Assembly: GCA_038877255.1 (NCBI GenBank)
Contig: JAVYWZ010000010.1
Coordinates: forward strand, 1 to 28,105
DNA from: Candidatus Micrarchaeaceae archaeon
Lineage (GTDB): Archaea; Micrarchaeota; Micrarchaeia; Micrarchaeales; CABMGC01
Length of the DNA: 28,105 nt
Direction: 5' to 3'
The number at the start of each line of letters is the position of its first letter. Within the stretch, counting starts at the first letter, position 1. Below are positions 1 through 7,731 of this stretch, in pieces. A program made the position numbers and the translations under genes. Under the pieces are notes generated by a model, which was not told the origin of the DNA, ran no database searches, and saw only the letters and a list, made by a program, of their open reading frames with translations.

Positions 1-63
1 ATGAAGCGAGCAAAGGCTTATAGAAATACCTATGAAAAATACATAAGGACTTGTGTAAAATAA
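1..63 (+). CDS. possible 3' end of an upstream gene (…MKRAKAYRNTYEKYIRTCVK*)
   Basis: Frame is open from base 1 to TAA at 61-63; too short to identify. Confidence 0.25.
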   Translation: MKRAKAYRNTYEKYIRTCVK

Positions 64-128
64 AGTGGTATTATGCCCAATGCAGAAAAGAACAGAAGAA
101 TAAGAGAAAAAGGTAAGGCAACAATGGC

Positions 129-150
129 AAAGCAAGCATTGCCGTTGAAG
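129..150 (+). repeat. 22-bp direct repeat, copy 1 (AAAGCAAGCATTGCCGTTGAAG)
   Basis: 21/22 identical to 1814-1835. Confidence 0.8.
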
Positions 151-248
151 CGAGAAGCTCAAAAGTTGCGGATGTGGCGGAAGCCCAGTCCGCAATGGCT
201 GGGTAGTTCACTACGATATGAGCAAGCCTTTTAGATTGGTGATAGAAG

Positions 249-1754
249 ATGGTCGATAAGGTCAAAACTGGTTACTTTTACTCTAAGTACTTATTGTGTG
301 CTCTTTTCATACTGCTTTCATTGCTGTTTGTCGCATACTTCATTGTGCTGAATAACTCTTCTTTTATTTTGTACTCTTTTCTGCTCTTTGTTCTTCTAGG
401 CGTCGTGCTCGCAATAGCAAGCAAGTGGCAGGTGCATGCTGTTGCACTTTCCATTGTGCTTATTGCTGGCTCATCTGTCGCATATGCAGGCATTGCAGCC
501 AACCTTGCTATTTATGCTATTGTCTCTGTCGCCGTTCTCTCTGCAATAATTGCGCTCAGGCTGTTCCGCAATTACTTAATATACATCTTCTGGGCTTTGG
601 TGTTGCCGCTTGCCTTCGGTGCTACGAAAATGAGCAATGCGCTGCTCATAAACGTTGCGATAATAGGCTATTACCTGCTTATAAGCTCGGTGCTTGCCAT
701 ATTTATAAGCATGGCTTCTGAAGGCACTCGCATTCACCTTGGAAGCAAAATAGTCGCGTTCTTCAAGCGCAACAGAAACCCCATTTTTTATTTCGCAATA
801 GCGCTAGCCATATTGGTACTTATTATTCCCATATGGCCAGTAAAACCAGCAATAATACTAAACACAATGTCCTACGCCTCAGCGCAGACAAACGTGCTTA
901 AGCAAGGAATTTATTCCGTTTTTGTGAATGGTAGCGCATACCTTGGCCTAATAAAAAACAACATGAGCACCATACGGCTTTTCTCAGGCAGCAACATAGC
1001 ACTTAAGTCATATGTAATGCGCGGTGCCGATCCGCAGGGCAAGTTTCAAATAATATTCCGCACAAACAGCAGCATAGAAGGTCTGCGCCTCTATTTCATA
1101 CCAAACTCAACCTTTAAGGCAGCGCCTGTTGTGCTCAACAGCTCCGCCTTTCACTCCCTTCTTCTCAACTCTACGCCCCTTAACGTGACATTCGGCAAAC
1201 CTCAAAACGTGCTTAAAGGCTTTGTCAACGGCAGCGTAGCATATAACGTAAAGGTTTACAAGAACTACTCATACAACACTACCATACAAATCAGTCCTTA
1301 TTATCCTCATTACTCTGTAGGAAGTGTTTGCAACTCAAGCATAAACTCGAGCGTTTCTCTTTCAATCGCTTCGAACAGGAGCGTAAGCTTCTTCGTGTTC
1401 AGAAACATCCTGAACTTCAGCTCTGCGCTCAATTCGAGCGCCATAAACGCCGAACAGAACTACAGCTTCTTTATTGGTCGTTTCCAGAAGTTTAGTTATT
1501 ATTCTGCAATAAACACCAATTCTACGTCTTTCAATTCAACTATTAATTCTTGCATAGTCTACGTAATTGCGTCTTCTACACCTGCCAGCATAAACCTGCA
1601 CATGCGCCAAGACTATGCTGTGTACTATCAAAAAACCAAAATCGCGAAGATACCCGCGCTCTTTGCCAACGGAGGCAAAACACAGGCATATGGCTTCCTT
1701 ACTAACAGCATCTATTACCTGTCGCAGCTGTATGCGAATGAGACTGGCTCCTAA
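249..1754 (+). CDS. polytopic membrane protein with a large Asn/Ser-rich extracellular C-terminal domain (putative surface glycoprotein)
   Basis: 501-aa ORF; several hydrophobic helices in the first ~200 aa; many N-x-S/T sequons in the C-terminal part; GGTGA RBS-like motif just upstream of the ATG. Confidence 0.8.
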   Translation: MVDKVKTGYFYSKYLLCALFILLSLLFVAYFIVLNNSSFILYSFLLFVLLGVVLAIASKWQVHAVALSIVLIAGSSVAYAGIAANLAIYAIVSVAVLSAIIALRLFRNYLIYIFWALVLPLAFGATKMSNALLINVAIIGYYLLISSVLAIFISMASEGTRIHLGSKIVAFFKRNRNPIFYFAIALAILVLIIPIWPVKPAIILNTMSYASAQTNVLKQGIYSVFVNGSAYLGLIKNNMSTIRLFSGSNIALKSYVMRGADPQGKFQIIFRTNSSIEGLRLYFIPNSTFKAAPVVLNSSAFHSLLLNSTPLNVTFGKPQNVLKGFVNGSVAYNVKVYKNYSYNTTIQISPYYPHYSVGSVCNSSINSSVSLSIASNRSVSFFVFRNILNFSSALNSSAINAEQNYSFFIGRFQKFSYYSAINTNSTSFNSTINSCIVYVIASSTPASINLHMRQDYAVYYQKTKIAKIPALFANGGKTQAYGFLTNSIYYLSQLYANETGS

Positions 1755-1813
1755 CCCTTGTTCCTAATGTGTCTTTATGCCCGCGCGCAAACACGGTCCA
1801 GATTACGTATGCG

Positions 1814-1835
1814 AAAGCAAGCATCGCCGTTGAAG
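1814..1835 (+). repeat. 22-bp direct repeat, copy 2 (AAAGCAAGCATCGCCGTTGAAG)
   Basis: 21/22 identical to 129-150. Confidence 0.8.
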
Positions 1836-1888
1836 GTCTGCAAAGTTAGTTAGTTCGCCTGCAAAATAATATTCATCAAGTTTGAATC

Positions 1889-1999
1889 AGCCCTGAGAGG
1901 GGATTGAACCCTCGACCTCCTGTTCTCTTGTTCTTGATTAAACTTCTTCTTAAGAAGTTTATTTACAAGACAGGCGCTCTACCACTGAGCTATCAGGGC
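1889..1999 (-). tRNA. tRNA-Thr(TGT) with a 39-nt intron at position 37/38 (intron 1925-1963)
   Basis: Acceptor GCCCTGA/TCAGGGC; D-arm AGCTCAGTGGTAGAGC; anticodon stem CCTGT/ACAGG with loop CT-TGT-AA; T-arm GAGGG-TTCAATC-CCCTC; BHB core CTTG/CAAG with 3-nt bulges; no encoded CCA. Confidence 0.93.
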
Positions 2000-2072
2000 T
2001 TTGCTATATATCTATTCAAACCATTTAAACATTTAAATACTTTATTCGCCGCAATCGTACTTTTGCCCATTG

Positions 2073-2086
2073 GCGAGCATGCTCGC
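2073..2086. promoter_or_regulatory. perfect 14-bp palindrome GCGAGCATGCTCGC between divergent tRNA-Thr and hel308
   Basis: Dyad symmetry seen directly; function unproven. Confidence 0.3.
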
Positions 2087-2244
2087 ATTTAGAGTAATGT
2101 ACAGCAATATACAGTGCAATAATGTACAACTGCAAACGGGAGAAGCGAAGCAGAACAGCACTTGGTCTAATAATTCGGTTCGCAAAACAGCGCTTCATGA
2201 GGCTTTTAAATCATCTTTTAAATCTTAGGCGCGCAAAATATATC

Positions 2245-4356
2245 ATGGAGCTTGAGGAGTTGCAGAACGCGCTACCGAAAGAGGTGCTTGATGCCGCAAG
2301 GTCACGCGGAATAAACACGCTGACTCCGCCGCAGGAAAGCGCGATAAAGCAGGGTCTTTTGTTCGGGAATAATATAGTTGTTGCCTCTCCAACTGCCAGC
2401 GGCAAGACGTTCATAGCAGAGATAGCAATGCTCAAAGCAGTTCTGCACGATTTCAAAAAAGCTGTTTACGTTGCGCCAATGCGCGCTCTTGTCAGCGAGA
2501 AATATGAGGAGATAAAGGGTGCGTACCCATTCCTAAAGGTTGCCATATCTATAGGTGATCTTGACTCCCTTGATCTTTGGCTTGCCAACTACGACATTAT
2601 TTTTGTATCGACAGAGAAGCTCGACAGCCTGATAAGGCATGGAATAGACTGGCTCGACAGCGTGGGCGTCGTTGTCTTTGATGAGGTGCACATGCTTGAT
2701 GATGCCTCGCGCGGCCCTACGCTAGACGTGCTCATTACAAAACTTAGGTATCTATGCAAGCATGCGCAGTTTATAGCGCTGAGCGCCACTATAGGCAACG
2801 CAGACGAGCTTGCCAAATGGCTGTATGCAAAGCTTGTTGAGAGCGATTACAGGCCAATAAAGCTTGATAAGGGAGTTGTGCACAATGGCAAGGCGTACTT
2901 TGCAAATAATGAGATGAGGCTTGCAGGAAAAAGCGCAATAGCAGAGATACGCATAACCGAAGACACGCTTGCGATGGGCAAGCAGCTTTTGCTTTTCTAT
3001 GCTACAAAGAAATACGCTGAGAGCGGCGCTGAGAAGATTGCATATATTACAGAACAGATGCTTACTGAGAAGGAACGTGCGCAGCTCAAGAATGTTGCAG
3101 ATAACATATTGCACGCGCTTAGCAGGCCGACTGCGCAGTGCGAGAAACTCGCAAGGCTTGTAGAGCGCGGGGTAGCATTCCATCACAGCGGTCTTGTAAA
3201 TGAGCAGAGGCATGCGGTAGAGCAGGCGTTCAAAAACAATCTAATCAAAGCAATTTGTGCAACGACAACGCTTGGCCTTGGCGTGAACCTGCCTGCTCAC
3301 ACTGTAGTGGTGCGCGATATAAGCAGGTATAGTGAGGATGAAGGTGCAAGCAAGCTCGGAGTCAACGAGGTGGTGCAGCTCTTCGGAAGGGCAGGAAGGC
3401 CGGCGTATGACACTGAAGGCAGGGCCTTGCTCATCGCAAGGAGCAAATACGAGATAGCTGACCTATTCCAAAGGTACATAAACGCGCCTCTCGATCCAAT
3501 ATCGTCTAAGCTTGGAGTCCTGCCCGTGCTTAGAACACATGTGCTCGCGTTCATTGCAACTGAGATGCTAAGAACAAAAGAAGCAATAACTGATTTTCTT
3601 TCAGGCACGTTTTATGGCTTCCAGTTCGGCAATTCCGAAGTGCTCTATGAGATGACAAGCAGCATAATCGATACTTTCATAGACTGGGGTTTTGTAACGC
3701 AGTCTGGCAGCACTTATAATGCCACACGGCTCGGCAAGCGCATAAGCGAATTGTATATAGACCCGCTTACCGCAAAATGGCTCGTTGACGTGCTGCCGCA
3801 TGTGCATGACGAGCTTGGTGTACTCTTTGCCATTTCCAACACGCTCGAGATGAGGCCTTATGCAAGGGCAACAGACGACGCTGAGATGGCGCTCAGCAGC
3901 TACATTCCTCTGCTAAAAAGTGCAAGGATAAATTATGAGGAAGAAACTCCTTTTTATGACCCTGTAAGGCCGATGAGCACAGCACTCATGCTCAGCGACT
4001 GGGCCGAAGAGCTCCATGAAAGGGATATTATAGAGAAATATGGCACTACGCCTGGCGCACTTTATAGCAAGATAACAAATGCGGACTGGCTCCTTTACTC
4101 CAGCATAGAGCTTGCGAAGCTTATAGGGATAAGCGTTGCAAAGCTGCACGAGGTGCGCGTAAGGGTAAAGTATGGCGTAAAGAAGGAGCTGCTAGACCTG
4201 ATTAGGCTTGAGCAGGTAGGCAGAGTGCGCGCAAGGCTAATGTATAGTAATGGCATAAGGCGCGTTGCAGACTTGAGAAACGAAGGAAGCGCAGAGAAGC
4301 TTACAAGGCTTTTCGGAAAGGAGATAGCAAAGAGGATAATGGAGCAGGTCGCTTAG
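2245..4356 (+). CDS. hel308: Ski2-like ATP-dependent DNA helicase Hel308/Hjm
   Basis: Q-motif LTPPQ, Walker A SPTASGKT, DEVH, SAT, AFHHSGL, QLFGRAGRP and a C-terminal HhH (VGRVRAR). Start moved to ATG 2245, downstream of TTTTAAA boxes. Confidence 0.93.
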   Translation: MELEELQNALPKEVLDAARSRGINTLTPPQESAIKQGLLFGNNIVVASPTASGKTFIAEIAMLKAVLHDFKKAVYVAPMRALVSEKYEEIKGAYPFLKVAISIGDLDSLDLWLANYDIIFVSTEKLDSLIRHGIDWLDSVGVVVFDEVHMLDDASRGPTLDVLITKLRYLCKHAQFIALSATIGNADELAKWLYAKLVESDYRPIKLDKGVVHNGKAYFANNEMRLAGKSAIAEIRITEDTLAMGKQLLLFYATKKYAESGAEKIAYITEQMLTEKERAQLKNVADNILHALSRPTAQCEKLARLVERGVAFHHSGLVNEQRHAVEQAFKNNLIKAICATTTLGLGVNLPAHTVVVRDISRYSEDEGASKLGVNEVVQLFGRAGRPAYDTEGRALLIARSKYEIADLFQRYINAPLDPISSKLGVLPVLRTHVLAFIATEMLRTKEAITDFLSGTFYGFQFGNSEVLYEMTSSIIDTFIDWGFVTQSGSTYNATRLGKRISELYIDPLTAKWLVDVLPHVHDELGVLFAISNTLEMRPYARATDDAEMALSSYIPLLKSARINYEEETPFYDPVRPMSTALMLSDWAEELHERDIIEKYGTTPGALYSKITNADWLLYSSIELAKLIGISVAKLHEVRVRVKYGVKKELLDLIRLEQVGRVRARLMYSNGIRRVADLRNEGSAEKLTRLFGKEIAKRIMEQVA

Positions 4357-4507
4357 CATCTATTTTGATTACTATCTGCAGTGCATAATTGCTCCAGTAG
4401 CGCTGCAAAAGCATTATAAACACGAAGGTTTTAGGGATATGCAGGTGAATCGCATGGGAGGGCTCAGCAACGCCTGAAAAGAACGTCGTGAATTAGAATT
4501 GCTGCTG

Positions 4508-5000
4508 TTAGATGGGCTCTGCTTTTTCCTGTTGCCTTTTGACATTTGCCTGTTCTAATTCTAGTTGTTCTTGCAATGCCTTGTATTGTGGGCCATTTCT
4601 TTTGCAATTCTTCTGTAGCCTAATCTGCCTACAAGGTCCTGCGCTATTATGCTTGTGCTGAAAACAGAACTTTTACGAAATTTTCCAGTTCGTCTGTTAT
4701 TTTGTCCAGATCTTCTGCATATGAAGGCGCAATTAACAGCAGGCCATAAGGAGCGCTATATCCCATAAGCAAATACTTGCCAGCAACAAAACCAGGAAGC
4801 TCTATAGTATGCACCAGAAACTAATTCCTATGTATACTAAACTCAAAGAGGTTTGACTGCTTAGCTATTATCAGTACGTTGTACTTTATCGGCGGCCTAT
4901 CCATTGTTATGGTCGCTATCCTTATGCCTTCGGGTTTTCTCTGTGTTTCCTTTGTTCGAGCTGCTTGCTTGGCAGAGTAAACGCCTGTGCCTGCTTTCAT
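4508..5000 (-). pseudogene. degraded hypothetical gene (internal TAG plus frameshifted tail)
   Basis: ATG at 5000 reads 59 codons to TAG (4821-4823), continues in the same frame to TAA at 4647, and a protein-like tail (QYKALQEQLELEQANVKRQQEKAEPI*) ends at 4508 in another frame. Confidence 0.5.
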
Positions 5001-5035
5001 TCCTTTGCCAAGTCAAATGACTTCCTGTACATAAA

Positions 5036-5107
5036 GTTAATAAACGAGATATGAAGAGTGATAACATGCTTGTTAATAAAAGTTCGGTGAGAAGTGATAA
5101 CATGCTT
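5036..5107 (+). repeat. imperfect 36-bp tandem duplication of the TATA-like box and start codon of tyrS
   Basis: GTTAATAAA-N12-AGTGATAACATGCTT at 5036-5071 and again at 5072-5107. Confidence 0.8.
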
Positions 5108-6118
5108 AGCGATAGCGAACGCATAGCGTTGATAAAGAGGAACACAGCCGAAATCTTTACTGATAAAGAACTTGAAGAAAAGGTTGCAAGCAAGAATAGA
5201 TTTTCAGCATACCTGGGCAGAGCAATAACGGGCCCATTGCACATAGGCCATCTTGTATCATTGGGCAAGATGCTTGACATACAGAAAGCAGGCTACAAAT
5301 CAATAATATTGCTTGCAGACATACACGCAGCGCTTGACGACCTTAAATCAAAGTGGGAGGAGCTCAGCATAAGAACCGAATATACAAAAAAGGCGATAGA
5401 GCTTTCAATTGATTGGAACGAACCCCCAACTTTCGTAACAGGTTCTGACTTCCAGCTTGGAAAAGATTACCAAATGGACATATTCAGGCTTTCCACACTT
5501 TCGACAGTCAAAGAGGCGCTGCACGCGGCTTCGGAAGTGACGAGAATGAAAAATCCAAAAGTGAGCGAGCTAATATATCCAATAATGCAGGCATTGGACG
5601 AACAATACTTGAAAGTTGACATGCAAGTTGGAGGCCTGGACCAGCGACACATATTGATGTTTGCAAGGGAATTTCTGCCTAAGTTGAACTATGACAAACG
5701 GATTGAAGTCATGATGCCTCTGCTAGCTTCATTAAAAGGACCAGGGGTAAAGATGAGTTCCTCAATACCTGGAACAGTAATAAAAGTCAATTCGTCAGAG
5801 GAAGAGATAAGAAGTGCCATCAAAAACGCATATTGCCCAGAAGGCGTAATAGAGGAAAATCCAATAGTAGGTATAGTCAATTTTTTGATATTGCCTAGCG
5901 AAAATAAATTCATAATACCAAGGGCAAGCAAATTCGGCGGAGACGTAGAGATAACCTCTGCAAATGAGCTTAACGAGATGTTTGCAGCAAAGAAGATACA
6001 CCCGCTGGATCTTAAGAACACAGTGGCCGATTATTTGGTAAAAAGGCTTAAGAGGGTAAGAGAGTATTTTGAAAGCAACGAAGACCTGCTCAAGCGGCTT
6101 GGGCCCAAATTCCAATAG
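5102..6118 (+). CDS. tyrS: tyrosine--tRNA ligase
   Basis: HIGH motif (LHIGH), YPIMQALD, GGLDQR, KMSSS and C-terminal HPLDLK; likely start ATG 5102 (alternatives 5066 and 5051 are in frame). Confidence 0.93.
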   Translation: MLSDSERIALIKRNTAEIFTDKELEEKVASKNRFSAYLGRAITGPLHIGHLVSLGKMLDIQKAGYKSIILLADIHAALDDLKSKWEELSIRTEYTKKAIELSIDWNEPPTFVTGSDFQLGKDYQMDIFRLSTLSTVKEALHAASEVTRMKNPKVSELIYPIMQALDEQYLKVDMQVGGLDQRHILMFAREFLPKLNYDKRIEVMMPLLASLKGPGVKMSSSIPGTVIKVNSSEEEIRSAIKNAYCPEGVIEENPIVGIVNFLILPSENKFIIPRASKFGGDVEITSANELNEMFAAKKIHPLDLKNTVADYLVKRLKRVREYFESNEDLLKRLGPKFQ

Positions 6119-6199
6119 TACACTTGTATGCGCATGCGGCGCGCGTTCAGTGTTCGCTTAAAGCTAGCTTTAATAAAGACTTCTGCATATCTTCTCCTT

Positions 6200-6691
6200 A
6201 TGACTAATATGCTGCTTAAGAGACGCGGATTGGAGGGCACAGCCAAGATACTCATAATTACTGGTTTGCTGCTTCTTCTTTTTTCCTGGCTTGCTGCCGC
6301 TCATTACTATGGGATTTTTGGAAAGCCAGTGCTGTTTTTAGCGCCTTTCATATTCACGTGCATTATGGCTTTGCTGCTTTTGGTAATCAAATACAGGTAT
6401 GTGCTATTCGAAAAATATCCATACCTGATTAATCTGCCTTCATTGTTTTACCACGTCAGGAAGCAAAATACAAATAACCAAAGCATTGCATTCAGCATGA
6501 TTTTTACTGTGCATGCTCTAGTGGTCGCCTTCATGGGGCTATTGAGCAGTATCTTGACTATTTCGATAAGTATCAGTATACCTGATAATGCTGCTCATTT
6601 ATTCCTATATGTGTATTTGGCAGTAATCGCCATATTGGTCATATCTGTGTTTTTGCAGTACCGTAGGATTTACATCAAACTTACTAAGTAA
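6200..6691 (+). CDS. small 4-TM membrane protein (possibly DUF1648-like)
   Basis: Four hydrophobic segments; the KYPYLINLP motif is reminiscent of archaeal DUF1648 proteins (from recall, unverified); start uncertain (6200 or 6209). Confidence 0.65.
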   Translation: MTNMLLKRRGLEGTAKILIITGLLLLLFSWLAAAHYYGIFGKPVLFLAPFIFTCIMALLLLVIKYRYVLFEKYPYLINLPSLFYHVRKQNTNNQSIAFSMIFTVHALVVAFMGLLSSILTISISISIPDNAAHLFLYVYLAVIAILVISVFLQYRRIYIKLTK

Positions 6692-6770
6692 CGCATCGCT
6701 GAATCGGCTAAAGGCTCAAAATGCGCAATAAATAAAAGCATGCGCTACAATTCTGATACAGCGTGATCTG

Positions 6771-7709
6771 ATGCCCTCTTTCCTTTCAGTCGCAGATGTA
6801 GACAAAAAAGCGTTCAAAAGGCTAATAGACAGGGCTGCGTTTTATAAAAAGGCGTTTGGCTCAAACGCTGTACCGCAGCCGCTGAAAAACAAGTTTGTGG
6901 CTCTTTTGTTTGAAAAGCCATCCACGCGCACACGGGCATCGTTCGAAGTTGCAGCAGAGAAGATGGGCGCCAAAACCGCTTATCTCCAAGCAAGCGAACT
7001 GCAACTTGGCAGAGGCGAGCCGGTAAAAGACGCTGCAAGAATGTTTTCAGAGTGGTTTAATGCAATAGTCGCGCGCGTGTATAAGCATTCAACGCTTAAG
7101 GAATTAGCCACTTATTCTCAATTGCCTGTGATAAATGCGCTGAGCAATACGGAGCATCCTACTCAGGTGATATCTGACTTTCTTACAATAATGGAGTTCA
7201 AGAAAAGGCTCGAAGGGCTTAAAATTGCGTTTATTGGCGATGCCAACAACGTTTCCGCTTCGCTTGCATTGGGCTCCGGTTTGCTAGGTATAGACTTTTC
7301 GCTCGCTTCGCCAAAAGGCTATTCGTTCGCGGAGGACACGCTTGTGCATATTCGCGACTCGTTTCGCAATTCAGGAAGCAGTTTGCTTTTCACCAATTTC
7401 CCGAAAGAAGCAGCAAAAGATGCTGACGTGCTTTATACTGATGTGTGGGTAAGCATGGGTGAAGAAAAAGAAACCGTCAAGCGGATGCACGATTTCAAAA
7501 GTTTCCAAATAAACAATGCGCTCATGAGATTTGCCAAAAAAGACGCAATAGTAATGCACTGCCTGCCTGCCCACCGCGGTCTTGAGATAACGGAAGAGGT
7601 GCTTGAAGGTGAGCACTCTGTCGTATGGCAGCAAGGCAGGAACAAGATTTATGGCGCTGCAAGCGCCCTTGAATTCGCTCTGCAAAGCCGTGGCAAGGCA
7701 ATATCTTAG
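6771..7709 (+). CDS. argF: ornithine carbamoyltransferase
   Basis: STRT carbamoyl-phosphate motif, HPTQ, DVWVSMG ornithine loop and HCLP. Confidence 0.93.
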   Translation: MPSFLSVADVDKKAFKRLIDRAAFYKKAFGSNAVPQPLKNKFVALLFEKPSTRTRASFEVAAEKMGAKTAYLQASELQLGRGEPVKDAARMFSEWFNAIVARVYKHSTLKELATYSQLPVINALSNTEHPTQVISDFLTIMEFKKRLEGLKIAFIGDANNVSASLALGSGLLGIDFSLASPKGYSFAEDTLVHIRDSFRNSGSSLLFTNFPKEAAKDADVLYTDVWVSMGEEKETVKRMHDFKSFQINNALMRFAKKDAIVMHCLPAHRGLEITEEVLEGEHSVVWQQGRNKIYGAASALEFALQSRGKAIS

Positions 7710-7731
7710 CGCAATTTTTGTTTCTGCTTCT

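Noticed and set aside
166..200. GGC-GGAA-GCC tetraloop as SRP RNA helix 8
   Set aside because: Lacks the CAGG/AGCA internal loop and the surrounding SRP structure.
71..265. 64-aa minus-strand hydrophobic ORF
   Set aside because: Its hydrophobicity is the mirror of a purine-rich + strand tract; it overlaps the start of the 249 gene and has no supporting signals.
1904..2092. 62-aa ORF
   Set aside because: Antisense reading of tRNA-Thr.
2122..2244. 41-aa N-terminal extension of Hel308
   Set aside because: Covers TATA-like TTTTAAA boxes; helicase-like sequence begins at ATG 2245.
4821..4823. stop-codon reassignment or pyrrolysine suggested by in-frame TAGs (here and at 27031)
   Set aside because: TAG terminates conserved genes in this window at the expected positions, and both cases are accompanied by frameshifts.
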